A stretch of 64,000 nucleotides of DNA, taken from Octopus sinensis (taxonomy: Eukaryota). The notes below the pieces were generated by a model. It worked only from the letters and a program-made list of their open reading frames with translations. It was not told where the DNA came from and searched no databases. The stretch is from contig NC_043006.1 in NCBI RefSeq assembly GCF_006345805.1, forward strand, positions 72,478,001-72,542,000. The letters run 5' to 3'. This document shows, one piece after another, positions 21,471 to 36,249 of this stretch. The first letter of the stretch is position 1. Each line of letters opens with the position of its first letter. The position numbers and the translations under genes were made by a program.

Positions 21471-22382
21471 TTAGGGATTAATTTGAAGGTGATGAAGCAA
21501 CTGTTACTAGTAGATCAAGCAACCACATATTCTGCTTTTCCCTACTTGCATGGTTGGATGGGTCCTTCCCAATGCAGTGTTCTGCTATTTGTTGCATTCC
21601 TTTGTTATTTTCTTTGTAAATATTCAGCATTTTCACATCAGCTTTTACCACCGACTTCCACTCTTGTCTTCCTTCAGTCTTAGTCTCCTTCTACATGTTC
21701 TATCAAGAATATTTATCATAAAGCATTTTAGTTGGTACACTGTATCAATTCAGTTGCATCCATTGAATTATATGGTCAGGAAACCTGAAATTATATTCAA
21801 TTTTTCAGTGCCTTGTTCCAAGATACATATCCTGGATGCTCCGTGATGCATATCAGTGATGATTCTGAGGTCTTTAGGGGTTTCAGATCTTTCAACATCA
21901 GATCCCCTCCCCTAGTTGATCCAGCCAGGGTTGATCAAGTCCTGGCTTGTATTTCTGTAGCAGTAAACCACCAATCTGCTCTCTTTATTCAGTCACCTAG
22001 TGGCCCTTTCTGCACTCTATAGTTTTACAGTCAAACCCTACTCAAAGCAACTTTGTATATAGCAAATTAAAAAGACATTTGATAAAGTAAAATCTTTACA
22101 TTTGGGAAGTAACAAAAGAAGGGTTTTAGGTCCCCTTCTTTACTGAGTTGCTTGTATGTAGGTTTCCACAGTGAAGATATCAACATTAATTGTATACATG
22201 AAATTTTTTTCTTTTTTTTTTTCATTTGATCTGATTGATATCTTACTAAACCTTTCATGGTTTGCCCTTGCCAAATCTCCTTATTTTTATTATGCCAGCT
22301 AATTGTTGTTTATATATAATAATACCAAAGCTAATTATATTTTACTAAAATTATTATATATTTTTCAGACTAGTAACCTGTC

Positions 22383-22487
22383 ATGATGGGCCCTCCAAAA
22401 TATGGAATTTACATAATCCAAGGTGAAATCTCTCTAGTTGTGACTGCTATGAGAAGAACTACTCGATGGACTACACACAGTCACCAA
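22383..22487 (+). CDS. GBF1: GBF1 first coding exon (MMGPPKYGIYIIQGEISLVVTAMRRTTRWTTHSHQ); exon begins at 22369 with 14 nt of 5' UTR
   Basis: Acceptor ttttcag at 22367-22368 and donor GTAAGA at 22488, phase 0. The peptide matches the GBF1 N-terminus (IYIIQGEI.xVV.AxxR..RW.TH). The second ATG (22386) has the better Kozak context (A-3, G+4). Confidence 0.95.
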
Positions 22488-23571
22488 GTAAGAATTTGGC
22501 ATTTATTCAGTGTACTTTTCCATTTAAACATTAATCAATATTCATTAGCATGTTGTTGGAAGTATTTTTATCAGTTTAAGCTGACTACAGTTATTTCAAG
22601 ATTCAACAAAAAAAAAACAATAACAATAATGAAATGAGAACTAAACCAACTCTATAATACGTATTGTTAATATTTCTTGATAAAAGTCAGTGAGTTGGCA
22701 GAATTGTTGGTATGCTGGGCAAAATGCTTTGTAGCATTTTAGTTATAGTTACATTGAGTTCAAATATTGCTGGAGTTGACCTTACTTTTCGTCTTTTCAG
22801 TGTCAATAAAATAAGTACTGGTTGAGAGCCAAGGTTGATGTATTTGACTTACCCCCTCCCCTAAAATTGCTGGTCTTGTTCTGCAATTTGAAAGCAGTAT
22901 TTCTTGACACTTCGAATACTTTGCTATTATGGAGAGGGAAAAAAACCTCACAAAACTGTTGGGACAAGCTCTAAGGATTTTACATTTGAATAATATTTAT
23001 TGCAAGGAATTATATCTAGCAGTTATGGCAATTTTTTCAGTCATGCTTTTATATTTGTCAAGCCCCCCCCCCCTTTTTATTATTATTATTACCATTGTTG
23101 CATAATGATAATATTTATGTATTAAGGATTAATTTTTTTAGAATCCATCAACAATATGATGATGATAATGATTGATAGTAGATTCACTACCAAGCAATTT
23201 CATTTAGGGCTATAAACAAAGTCTGTATAATGATTTTTGACATTGGCACAAGGCCACAAAATTTATAGGTGAAATATCCCAGTACATGCTTTTTGTTTAA
23301 TTTATATAGTCAAGAGGGATGAACAACAATGTCTACCAGAGTGAAATTTTGAGTTGAGAATGTAAAATAATGAGATTAAATAGTGAAGGACATTTTGTCT
23401 AGCTTTCTAACATTTCTGTTGCTTTACTACTATGAAAGGTGAATATCAAAATGTAAACCTAATGCTGTAGATGTAAAGAAAAAAATAATGCAGCCACAGT
23501 TATTGCATTTTGCTTATAGTTAATTAACAATTGTCATTTGGAATGGCTTGCTAAATAACAGAGCTCTCATC

Positions 23572-23985
23572 ATCATCATCATCGTTTAATGTCCGCTTTC
23601 CATGCTAGCATGGGTTGGACGATTTTGACTGAGGGCTGGTGAACCAGATGGCTGCACCAGGCTCCAATCTTGATTTGGCAGAGTTTCTACAGCTGGATGC
23701 CCTTCCTAACGCCAACCAATCCAAGTGTAGTGGGTGATTTTTATGTGCCACCGGCACGGGGGCCAGTCAGGCGGTACTGGCAACAACCTCGCTCGAATCT
23801 TTTTACACATGCCACCAGCACAGGTGCCAGTAAGGCAACGTTGGTAATGATCACGCTCGAATGGTGCCCTTTTACGTGCCACCGGCACAGAATCCAGTTG
23901 GCTGCTCTGGCAACGATCATGCTCGGATGGTGCTCTTGGTACTCTACTAGCACAGGCACAAGTGCCAGTAAGGCGACTTGTCTGT
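23572..23985 (-). mobile_element. RTE-tail SINE (family B)
   Basis: (CAT)n tail at 23572 and several internal TTTTACGTGCCACCGGCAC subrepeats. Confidence 0.8.
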
Positions 23986-26189
23986 TTCGTGTCCATTCCT
24001 CCATACCAGTATGGGTTGGAAGAATACTTATTACTGAAGCATTGTTTTACAGCCAGATGCCCTTCTTACTCATTTTTCAAGTAAGGGATGTTTTATTCAA
24101 CTTGTCTTGAAAAGCACCGAGCTAGAGGATTATTTGTTGGCAGGGAATATTGATATAACATCACCATTTTTTGCTCAAATGGTTTAATGTGGAATCTGTA
24201 GAATGTAAACAACACACATACAAATAGGCGTGTGTGTGTGTTTATATGTATGTATCTTTTATTTAGAAGAGAAGGCGGAATGTTCATGGTTCTTTACAGG
24301 GCCTCCATGTAGTTAGAGGAAGTGTAGAATTGTGTCCTCAAACTAGATTTGTCCCAAATGCTTGCTACAGAGTGAACTCCATTAAGGACACCCAAGGTAC
24401 TAAGTAATGGTGTTTTATGCATTATGGGCATCCATACAGTTTCCATCTAACAATTCTGCTCTTTAGGTATTAGTTACCCTGAAGCCAGGGTATTGTGCAA
24501 GTTTATTGAGGCAAATTTTCTATGCCCTGATGCCCTTCTTTTCACCAACCTTCATTTGCTTCTAAGTAAGGTAATATTTCCCTATGGCCAGACATGTTTG
24601 CTGGATATTGGAAACGACTGGACACTAATGACGGTGACTGTCATATACAACTGTAACATGATGTCAACACAAACACTACTAAATCCACTCACAAGACTTT
24701 GGGCAGCTTGGTGCTGCAGTAGAAGACACTTTCCCAAAGTTCCACGCATTATGGCTGAACCCCAAAACCACAAGGTTGCAAAGCAAGCTACCTAACCACT
24801 CAGCCATACTTGCACATTTCTTTTTACTTTCAGCAAGCAGATGATAATGCATGAAGATACATGTAAATGTTGATGCTGCAGTTGCTCTTTAGTGCTGCAA
24901 TTCAAGTTGAAATGGTAGAGTGGCTTCAAATTGATTCATGGTTTGAAACTTCTGAGGAGAAATTGGCCACAAGAACTCTGCTTCTGGCAAGTTTGGTAGA
25001 GCAGTTTGCACTCCACTTGCTATATGCTTTCATGTCAGAAACATTGTTCCATTGGAACTTTTATGTAAAGTTTATTGTTACTGTCATATATCTTAATTTA
25101 CAATCTAAACAGGTAGAATTATAAATGGCTGAGTCGTTCAGAACTTTGCTTCTCAACAACATGGTTTCAGGTTCAGTCCCGGTGCACAGCACCTTGGTGG
25201 AGTGTCTTCTACCATACCTCTGGGCTGACCAAAGCCTTGTGCGTAGATATAGCAGACAGAAACTGAAACAAGTCTATTTTGTGCTTGTCTTTGAGCTTTG
25301 TCTTCATATTGTGTGATAGTTGCAAATGAGTGTCACCATAAAAGGTATAAGCAGTGTCGTTCATTTCAAACCTTACATTGAAACATTTCCAGTCATGGGG
25401 AAACAAGTGAGGGTTAGTGACAGGAAGAGCATCCAGTCATAGAATGTTTGTCTCAATGAATTCCATTTGACCCTTGTATATCTGGGAAAATGGGCTTTAA
25501 AACTATAATGATATTTATTGTGTTTTGATATTTTTATGCAGAAAACAAAAAGAATTAGTTGACTGTATCGTGATATAGTGTCTGTCTAGTCTGCATAGTG
25601 TTTCCTTGGAAACCTTGGAAAACATGTCTACCATTCAGGTGCAGACATAACTATGGAGCTAAGGAGCTTCCTTCCCAACTATGCGGGGATCACAGGTTCA
25701 GTTCTACTGCTCAGCACCTTGGGCAAACTTTTTCTACTATAGCGCTGGGCTAACCAATGCCTTTTGAGTGGATTAAGTAAACAGAAACTGAAAGAAGCCC
25801 ATTGTGTGTGTGTATGTACATGTTGTGTGTGTGTGTTTGTACCCTTATTTTAACATTATGTGATGGTTGTAAATGAGCATCATAGTCATACAAGCGATGT
25901 TTGTATCCAGTCTTCTGTGGAAATATGTCTAGCCATATTACCTTGCCACAAATAGGTCAGAGTTAGTGACAGGAAGGGCATTTGGCCATAGAAAATCTGA
26001 CCCTAACATTCCACTCTCTATTCTAGATTATCTGTTGCCTATTGTTATTTTAAACAATTCCCACAACTATGTATTACCAGGAAATGAGTTAATTTGTTCT
26101 TAAACCATGTTCTTCACCACAAAGTAGAAATTTGAGGCAATGGGGAGATTAAAACTAGTTAATTACATCACTTCACTGTTTAGTATTTA

Positions 26190-26398
26190 AACTGACCATA
26201 TCAAGTTCCAATATTCTACCTGTTTTATGTTGAAACTGGCCAGGTCCAGCCTCTCATACTTACCCTATAATGTAATTCTAAAAACAAACAGTCACACATT
26301 GAAATCACAAAAACTATGAGATAATGCATGATTAATTCAAAACAATGTGAATAAATAAGCATTACGTTTGGCAGAGTAATCCAAATGCTAAAGGGTTC
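26190..26398. mobile_element. piggyBac-like (TTAA, CCC..GGG) MITE family remnant; related pieces at ~30990-31160, 52780-52990, 53800-54010 and 58400-58600
   Basis: Ends resembling AATGCTAAAGGGTT(A)A and GAAAGGGTTAA; internal sequence is shared among copies. All are decayed. Confidence 0.45.
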
Positions 26399-26512
26399 AA
26401 CCGTTAATTGTACAGCTAAATCTTTACTTAAACATATTCAGACTTTAGCACAATGGTGATGTGGGGTTTTTAATGGCATGTTATAAGATTAAGACATCAC
26501 AGATCATCATCA

Positions 26513-26815
26513 TCATTGTTTAACATCCGTTTTCCATGCTATGATGCGTTGGATGGTTCGACCGGGGTCTGGAAAGCCAGGAGGCTGCACCAGGCTCCAG
26601 TTTGATCTGGCAGTGTTTCTACAGCTGGATGCCCTTCCTAACGCCAACCACTCCATGTAGTGGGTTTTTTTTATGTGCCACCGGCACAGGGGCCAGAGGG
26701 GGCTGACAAATGGCCATGATCGGTTGGTGCTTTTTACATGTCACCGACACGGATGCCAGTCAGACGGCGCCGGCATCAGCCACGTTCGGATGGTGGTTTT
26801 TACGCGCCACCAGCA
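26513..26815 (-). mobile_element. RTE-tail SINE (family B)
   Basis: Same layout as other family B copies; CpGs partly retained. Confidence 0.8.
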
Positions 26816-27279
26816 GCTACAAAACCTTGGTGTTAATGATGTCCATTGAGACAAAGAAAAAAGCTTAAAGGTGTACAGTAATACATATCCAGTTTTATTA
26901 AAATCAGTTAACTGGTTCAAATCAGGGCTTATTCAATAGAGTACATTATCAGAGTTGGACTTATGTGAAATGTATCTGATCTGTTGGAATCAGTGGAATC
27001 CTATTATTCAGCGAACAAGAACAACAACTTAATGATCAATGGGCCAATAATCCAGCCAGCAAGAGATTCTCTTTGTGATCAGTCACCCTGCTAAGAATAA
27101 TAACCAACTCCCAGTGTTATAAACCTCTTCTGTTCCTTATTCAAGAATCATCTGTGTGTGTGTGTGTTTTTTATTAAAAGCAATGAGTCCAAGAAAAGAT
27201 ATTTTGCTTTGATTGAGACCATATCAGAGCATTGTGATAGGCATCCAATTCATTCATTTCCTTGTTTTTGACAAAACAC

Positions 27280-27682
27280 CCATGCCAATCCCCTTTGCTT
27301 GCGAAGACATGTTGGGGCAAGCGAAATCGAAATCGAATTGAACCAGCCAGGATCCCTGGTCTGGTGGTACGTAAAAAGCACTATCCGACTCATGGCCGAT
27401 GCCAGCGCCGCCTCGACTGGCTTCCGTGCCAGTGGCACATAAAATACACCAATCCGACCGTGGCCGTTGCCAGCCTCGCCTGGCACCTGTGCAGGTGGCA
27501 CGTAAAAAGCACCCACTACACTCACTGAATGGTTGGCGTTAGGAAGGGCATCCAGCTGTAGAAACATTGCCAGATAAGACTGGAGCCTGGTGCAGCCTTC
27601 TGGCTTCCCAGATCCCCGGTCGAACCGTCCAACCCATGCTAGCATGGAGAACGGACATTAAACGATGATGATGATGATGATA
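27280..27682 (+). mobile_element. RTE-tail SINE (family B), young
   Basis: Ends CATGCTAGCATGGAGAACGGACATTAAACGATGATGATG; many CpGs intact. Confidence 0.8.
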
Positions 27683-27844
27683 TCAACACTCAACACTAAC
27701 AGCTTGTGTTCTTTGTTCTAAGTCACCAAACCATGTTCATCCGAACAGATAACCCCCAATGTTTGTGTGTGTACAAATATATATGAATGTGTGTATATGA
27801 ACATACACACACACACACACATACACTTAAATATATATGTATTT

Positions 27845-28487
27845 GTATATACATCATCATCAACATTTAACGTTCATTTTCCATGCTGGCATGGGTTGGA
27901 CGGTTTGACTGAGGTCTGGAGAGCCAGCAGCTACACCAGGGGTACTCTTAACTGGGCCGGACATGCATGACTGCGATCTCACTTTAGTTGCAAGGTCTTC
28001 TCAAAGGTCTTGGTCTCCTGTCATCATCTCTGTGAGACCCAGTGTTTGAAGGTCATGCTTCACCACCTTATCCCATGAGTTCCTGCATCTACCTCTTCCA
28101 CAATTTCCTTTCACAGTTAGTGGGTGACACTTCTTCATGCAGCTGTCCTCATCCATACATAACACATGACCATACCAGTGCAGTCATCTCTCTTGCACAT
28201 CACATTTGATGCTTCTAATGCCTAACTTTTCTCTCAGGGCACTTACACTCTGTCGTGTATGCACACTGACATTACACATTCAGTGGATCATACTAACTTC
28301 ATTTCTTTCAAGCTTACGCATGTCCTCAGCAGTCATGGCTCATATTTCACTGTTGTGTAGCATGGCTGTTCGCACACATGCATCATACAGTCTACCTTTC
28401 ATCCTGAGCGAGAGGCCCTTAGTTGCCAGCAGAGGTAGAAGCTCCCTGAACTTTGCCCAGACTCTTCTTATTCTAGCTGCTATATAA
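27845..28487 (-). mobile_element. RTE LINE 3' end
   Basis: IAARIRRVWAKFRELLPLLATKGLSLRMKGRLYDACVRTAMLH...ERNEVSMIHWMCNV...WYGHV, then the family B tail. Confidence 0.85.
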
Positions 28488-28644
28488 CTTTTCTTTGTAA
28501 AAATTATATATATATATATATCAGTTTTTACAAGGCCAAGTTGACTGTGACTTCAAAGTTTTATCTTACCCCATCCTCTGAACTTTCTGGCCTTGTGCTA
28601 AAATTTGAAACCAGTATCTTAAATGTATGTATCACCATCGTCAT

Positions 28645-28985
28645 CATCATTTAACGTCCATTGTCCATGCTGGCATGGGTTGGACGGTTTGACTGGGCTG
28701 GCATACTGGAAGGCTGATTTGGCATGGTTTTCTACAGGTGGATGCCCTTCCAGATGCCAACCACTCTCAGAGTGTAATGGGTGCTTTTACATGCCGCTGG
28801 CATGAGTACTATCTGCGTGACACCAGTATCTGCCATGACTGTGATTTTATTCAGCTTGATGGGTCTTTTTTTCCATGGTCATTGCCTCCATGAGGCCCAA
28901 CACTCAAAAGGAATTTGGCCACTTTGCCTTCATGAGGCCCAATGCTCAAAAGGAACTCAGCCACCTCGCCTCCATGAGGCCATAT
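28645..28985 (-). mobile_element. RTE-tail SINE (family B)
   Basis: (CAT)n tail and body homologous to 7015-7490. Confidence 0.75.
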
Positions 28986-28986
28986 A

Positions 28987-29023
<37 letters not shown>

Positions 29024-30823
29024 ATTTATTGGAAAATCTATCGTTATCTGTAAATTTCTTCCCCTAAAGCAATGATTTAGCCTTATGGTTTGATTTGTTT
29101 AATCAGTGTTCTAATCCTATCTGCTACCCAAGTTTATTACATGTAAATTGTGTTTTGTCATGGAATAATCTGTGGCAGAATACTGTTTCTTAACTTTTTA
29201 GTGCTGAGTGAGACTTGTCAATTATCAATATATTCTTTTGTTTGCTTTAATCTTTTAGTCATTAGTGATCCTTTAGAGATGTGAGGAAGGCAGTAGTTAT
29301 CCTAAAATTGGAGTTTGCTTAAGGCATCCTGGGTTTCAGGAGTTGGTATTAAATTGGGTGAAGGACTAAGTCTACTACTCAAGTAAGATATGGCAGGCTT
29401 TGAACTCAGCACAAAGAACCAGAACAAATACTGCAAGACATCAAGTCTGATTTTATTACAGTTCCATTAATCCACTGCCTGGGGTTGGTGCTTGTCTTTT
29501 TCTTTTATCAATCCCAAAAGGGTTAAACAGTAAAGCTGACCTCAGCAGAATTTGAACTCACAGTGGCTGGAGTTGGAACAAGTATCACGACTCTACCAAT
29601 TTTCCACTTATATACAGAAGAATAATGACTCTGGTGTTCTTGCTAGACACTGCTGGGACATATTTTTGTTTTTCTCCAATATTTATTGTGTTTTTAACAT
29701 TACACATACATAACAGATGTTATCTCAGAATACCCCAGTAACTATCCTATCAACAGTGTATATACATTATGATTCATAGTTGGCTATTTTAGTTTCATAC
29801 TGTCTCAATTGCATATATTGGATTTTTATTCAGCCAAGCAGCTATTTGCAACATCAGTTAATATTCCATTCACAGTTTCCAATGTCCGAGGAGATGAATT
29901 CTCATCTGAACATGTGACTGGTTGTGAGTGCGTCATTGAAAAAGCCAAAATGCATCTGGTGTTTTTGCTAGCTGCTGCAGAGACAAATTTTCATTTCCCT
30001 TCAATATTTATTGTGCTTTTAATACATTGTGTTGTATAAGAGGTATTATCTCAGGACAAATACTGCAGTTAACTAGCCTATCAATACAGCACATTCATAA
30101 GGTACATTATAAGATGTTATAAGAAATGCTATGTAGATGACTGCAATGACTTTAATTGCATTATGTTTGAAGAATAAACATTATTAAGGCTCCTTGATTT
30201 CATTCTATCATCATTTTGAATAATTTTTCACCTCAAACAAAACTGCATGTATTTTCCATTTACAAAATAAGGAATTCATCTACTGGTGTTAGGAAGGGCA
30301 TCCAATCATAAAAATCATGTCAAAACAGACACAGAAGTCTGGTGCAGTCTTCTCTGTCAAACTGTCCAACCCATGCCAGCATGGAAGGTAGATGTTAAAC
30401 AATGATGGTGATGATGTGTTATACATTAAATGATCTGCATCCATTGAAACCAACAAGCATAAGCACTATCTAACCTTATTTTTTTCACTTTTGACCTTCA
30501 AATTATTGTTTTGTTGGCAGTATAACAATATCAATGCATTAGATTGGACAATTTTTTTTCATAAAATCACAAGATCAATATCAGGTGTTGTTACAAAATA
30601 AAAATGTTATTGAGCAATTGCTGTCCATTGTTGTCGATATTTTAAAATGTAAATTTACACAGCACTGACATAGTCATATGATTTAGGGTTCAGTCCTACT
30701 GCACAGTGGCTTAGGCAAGTATGTTTTATGACAGCATCAGACTGGCTGATTCTTAGGCTGCATTCTGAAATTTGGCAGATGGAAACTGTGAGGAAACCCA
30801 TCATGTATGTATGTATGCATGCA

Positions 30824-30881
<58 letters not shown>

Positions 30882-30895
30882 TTATATATTTATAT

Positions 30896-30926
<31 letters not shown>

Positions 30927-32034
30927 CATGTTTGTATATATGTGTGTGTGTACATATATATATATACACACACACACACACCTGTATGAATATGTTCAAA
31001 CTGGCCAGATCAGAACACTCACACTCACCCTGCAATATCATTCTAAAAATTAACTGTTATCTCATCAAAACCTCAAAACTATGAGATAATGCACAATTAA
31101 TTCAAAACAATGTCAATTAACAGGCATTACATTTGACAGTAATCTGAATGCAAACAGTTTAAACTACAGTTATCGTGTCAACTTATGAAAGTGGTGTGTA
31201 TTTTGCTGCAGTCATTGGGAAATATATAAGCAGGTAGCTTATATTACAGATGTTACCAAAGTTTAATGTTGAGCTTTGTTTATTATGCATTAGGTGCTGC
31301 TATGGCAGAGTGGTTAAGAAGTTTGCTTCTCAACCACAAGGTTTTGTATTTAGTCTCACTACACTGCACTTTGAACTAGTATCTTCTACAATAACCCCAG
31401 GTTGACCAATGTCTTGTGAGTAAATCATGATGATGTACAGAAACTTGTTGTGTGTGGTGAATGAGTGAGTGTCTTCTTTCTGTATTTTACTTAGAAAAGT
31501 ATTGATCTGCACATTGTATTGTTTGTTGACAAGGAATTGTCAACAAACCATCTACTGGATCTGTGCTATTGAAGATGAGTGGTTGAAAAATATCTTACTT
31601 GAAAAGATATAAGAGCTAGTGAATGGAAAGAGCATCTAGCTGCAAGAAAACAAGGCTATGAGATGCCTTGGCAGTCATTTGACACTACCTATTTGACATC
31701 ACTGATTTGATTTTGACTTATTTGACATCAGACATTTTAATGTTCCTCTCATCTCTCTTTCTTTGTGACACTTTTTCTCTTTATGTGGAGAAGGAAAGTA
31801 TTTATGTCAATCATATTCAAATAACAAGTTATAATGCCCCTCTCACTCTCTGTCTTTATTTGTATGTGTATATTTCTGTATGTATCTGTGTGTGTGTGTG
31901 TGTTGTCTCCAGTGGCAAAATGTACTATCACCAAAACATGTTGCATGTCTTGTCAGCCATATGAAATTGTCAGTGTCTAAACAACCATATCCAATCCTCT
32001 CATTCTAAAAAAATAAACAATATTTCATTATCAT

Positions 32035-33070
32035 TTAATGCCTGTTTTCCAGACTGGCATGGGCTGGACAGTTTGACTGAAAACTGGTAAGCTGGGGAGC
32101 TGCACCAGGTTTTAATTTGATTTGGCATGGTTCTGGATGTCCTTCCTAATGCCAACTAATCCAAGAGTCTAGTGAGTGCTTTTTATGTGCCACCAGCATG
32201 GCTGCCAGTTACAAAACACCAGCATTGGTCACGACTGTGATCTCACTTAACTTGACAGGTCTTCTCAAGCACGGTATATTGCTAAAGGTCTCTGTCACTT
32301 GTCACTGCCTCTGTGAGGCCCAAAATTCAAAGGGTACTTTTTACGTGCCTCCAGCACAGGTGCCAGTTATGTGACACTGGCATCAGCCATGACTACTTCA
32401 ATAATATGTATTTGTCTAACCTATGCTTGCAGGGAAAAATTGATATAGAATGAAGAAAAAAAAGTATTAAAAATTATAGCTTTTCATTTGTTTATTCTTG
32501 AGCTAGAATATTATTTTCTCAAAAATTGTCATGTCAGGTTATTTATTATAAGTTGTTTCTAATTTAATTTAATCCCCTTTTAGACAATTAAATGCTACCT
32601 AATTTCTGTTTCTGGCCTTAACTCTTAAAATCCTGTTATAAATATCTATCATCATCATCATCATCATTGTTTAATGTCCACTTTCCATGCTAGTATGGTT
32701 TGGACAATTTGACTGAAGACTGGCAAACCAGATAGCTGCACCAGGCTCCAATCTGATCTGGCAGAATTTCTACTGCTGGATGCCTTCCTAATGCCAACCA
32801 CTCCGAGAGTGTAGTGGGTGCTTTTACGTGCCACCGACATGAGGGCCAGTTAGGCAGTATTGGCAACGGCCATACTCAAATGATGTTTTTTATGTGCCAC
32901 CTGCACAGGGGTCAGTCCAGCGGCACTGGCAAAGACCTCGCTTGAATGTTTTTTCATGTGCCACTGGCACAAGTACCAGTAAGGCAATGCTGGTAACAAT
33001 CACGCTTGAATGGTGCTTTTTACGTTCCACCGGCATGGAAGTCAGTTTGCTGCTCTGGCAACGATCTATA
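32035..33070 (-). mobile_element. Two tandem family B RTE-tail SINEs (32035-32395 and 32648-33070)
   Basis: Each has the CATCAT..TTTAATGTCC/GCC..TTTCCA tail and the GGATGCCCTTCCTAATGCCAAC body. Confidence 0.75.
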
Positions 33071-35008
33071 TTTATGTATATGTAAACCTCCTCATCCTGC
33101 TAGAAACTAGACATTTTGAGGAAATGCAGTTCAATATAAAAAAAATTTGTAATAAATAACTATTGTATGATTTTGGATGAAGTTTGCAAATGTGGTTTTC
33201 AGCTATTGTTGCTGATTTTTACCTCTTGCCATATCACTTTCACCTGCCCCAAGCTGGTTGAAAACTGGTTAATTGATACCTGGATTGATTTCTTGTCTCA
33301 GAACTAAATTTGTGTTTGAGATAATCTCTGTAACTTGGACGCTGCACAACTCTCATTAGATAAAGCATTCCAAAATATATCTTCATTTCCTCCATTCAAA
33401 TGTTTTGTAAGGCTCTATAATTTAGTGTTATTTACTGTTTTTACAATAATTACATTATCATAATCTCATTAGTATGACAAGATGCTACATTTAAAAGTAA
33501 ATTATTGTTTTGTTTTTAAATCTGTATCGTTCATTTATGAAAGCATCAATGCAATATTGGTTATATAATTATTCCTCTCCTACTCAAAATCTATAAATCC
33601 TAATAACTTAACTGACACTGAAATATCACCCTAATTATTGTTTTTAGAAATCCAAGCTGTCTTTAATTAAATCATGAATAAATGAATAACGATAAATATA
33701 TCATTAATGAATAGTATCACTGGATTCAAACATACTGCTTGATGTATTAACCACGATTAAGCTTGAAAATCAAAGGAATGAAAGTCCAGAGAAATTCACT
33801 CAATAAAATGCAAAAGCATAAGCACAGACATTGCAAACTGAGGTTAAACTTTGATTCTCACACGGAAGAGTGCTTAGATACTGTTTTTCATTTCCTTTTC
33901 AACACTATTTGAATTGCTATTACATACAGTTTGGGACATGGCAACAATAGTTACTTGTGGGATAGGACTTTAAGACTTAATATATTTGCATAATCTGCTA
34001 TTGTGTGAAGGACATTACCAGCTTTATGAAATTGAATATATGTTAGCACTAAGTGGACAAATCTCAAAATTTGTTTTTCCTCTTATCTTTTCTTTCACAC
34101 AGTCTATATATGATATAATAATAATAATAATAAAATTATTGTGTGTAGTGCTCAAGTGCACTACAACTTATCAAAGGTGCATCTGAAGTACATAGAATTA
34201 TGCACAAATATCAGGAAAGTGAACAGTGTATGATTCATGATATACATGTGTGCATGCATTTGGAGTGGGGGGAATATCAGGTGTAGTGTTGGTGAATTTC
34301 AGGAAGCATGGAGGTTTTAAAGGATGTAATGTCTCAGCAGCTAACAACTATTGCAGGTAGTTTGTTCCATGCTTCAGCAAAAATGGGTGTGAAAAAATGT
34401 TTCTGAAAGCCATGGGAGCTGTGTTATTTTCTGACTTTGTAGGCATGCCCACATGTGTTAGACACATGGAATTCATAAAGGTGCTCAAGGTTGTTGTTGG
34501 CATGATGGCTAATAATTTTGTGGATGTTTACCAAGTCAGTTACCAGACATTGGAGCTTCAGTGTATCCATGCTCAGGTGTTCAGAGTATGGTAGATGCCC
34601 GATGGAAGGTATTCGCTTGGTTTTATGTTTCTGAACAGTTTCCAGGAGGTCAATGTTCTGAGCAAGAATGGGGGTTCCAGACTGGTGATGCAAATTCCAA
34701 GTGTGGCTGCACCATAGCCATATGCAGATTTAAATAAATAGCTGGAGAGCAGCTGACAAAGGTGTTGCTGAGTGATGCCGAGACACCCTCGGCCTTCTTG
34801 ACAATTTTAGAAGCTTTGTCCAGCACAAATCACTGCTGACAGTAATGCCCACCTCATGTTCACAAGAAGACTTCTTGATATTAGTGTTGTGGAGGGAGTA
34901 TGTGGATGCTGGTTTATTCCTCCCGAAATGCATGGTGATATACTTGTCCACAGCCAGCTTGAATTGCCAGTCTGTAATCCATTGCTGTATTGTGTCCAGG
35001 TTCGACTG

Positions 35009-36249
35009 CAGAGTGCATAAAATATTTGGGGACAGATTTATGTTTATAAAAAGAAAACAGATATATAATAACAGATAATAACTTTATTTCTCAAAAAATG
35101 CTATGCGGATAAAAATAAACCTTCTTTTCAATAATGTTATCCAATAAAGCCACCTTCAGCTTCAGTAACTGCTTCTATATGAGTTCTAAATCATCTACAT
35201 GCTCAAATCAAGTGGACTTGGTTCTTTTTGGACATTACTCTGACTATGGCAGCTTTCAAAGAATGTTATGGGAATGTTCATTGATATTTCTCTCAACAAC
35301 GCTCCAATGGATTGAGATCTGGGGAATTAGGAGGCTAAATGTTAAGAGTTATGTGATCATGAAAATTTTCAACCATCCATTCCTGTGTTACTAGAGCCAT
35401 GTGTGATAGTACAAAGTCTTACTGAAACACACATAGCCTTCCATTGCATACACTGTCTATCCAGGGCTTAACAATTATTTCCAAGATCTCAATGTAGGCG
35501 GCAGAGTTAACTCTAAAGCTTTGTCAAAAGAAGTAAGGAGGCACCACATGTCCTTCATGGCTGATAACCCCTAAAACCATGACAGTTGCACGAAATTTTG
35601 TATGCATAACACTTGGAACTTCAGAAGGGTCTGCACATAACCATCTGTCATTTCTTCTATTAACTTTTTGATCTTGGATCTTAGTTTTTCTCATTTGAGA
35701 AAAACCAAATCAAATCTTCTTCTGCTGGATTTTTCAGTTTGTTTTAGAGCATTTTAGATCTGATGTAGTGATTTTCTTTTGCTTTTTCCGACAAATTGAC
35801 CTTTCCTTGTCATTTCCTGATGTCTTCGTGGACAACATTTCTGACTGTTCCTTCTGACGCATGAAGATCTTTTGCAATTGACCTCATGGACTTTCTAGGA
35901 TTGTAATCAATGCTCTGTTGAACTTGTTGGATAAATTCAGGTGTTCTGATGATTTCAGAGGAATTCAGAATGCTTTTTATGCTTTGAAACTGGTGATACA
36001 TTTCCATCTTCAGTCTCTAGCTCCTTACAAACTTTGTAGACAAAAATCTGGCAACTTTTAAAAATGAGATATTTCTAAATCACTATGCTCAACCTTTATA
36101 ACCACAATAACAGAATGCCCCTTCATTTCTTGAATAAGCTGAGGGTCTGCCATTATTATTTTCTGAAACAAAGATTATATAGAGTTAACAAAAAAAATGC
36201 AGCAATGACACAAACATGGTATGTCCTCAAATACCTTATACACTCTGTG
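35009..36249 (-). mobile_element. Tc1/mariner superfamily, DD37D (maT)-type transposon, defective, inserted in the CR1 RT
   Basis: TIRs CAGAGTG(C/T)ATAA..TATTTG(G/A)GGACA at 35009 and 36247. Peptides PRKSMRSIAKDLHASEGTVRNVVHEDI, WFFS(D)EKN, NRRNDRWL, TKFRATVMVLGVIS.EG, KPWID, FQ*D and PPNSPDLNPL. Confidence 0.85.

Noticed and set aside
1-22000. Possible Pitx homeobox neighbour (human PITX3 lies head-to-head with GBF1)
   Set aside because: No homeodomain- or OAR-coding exon is visible on either strand in the window.
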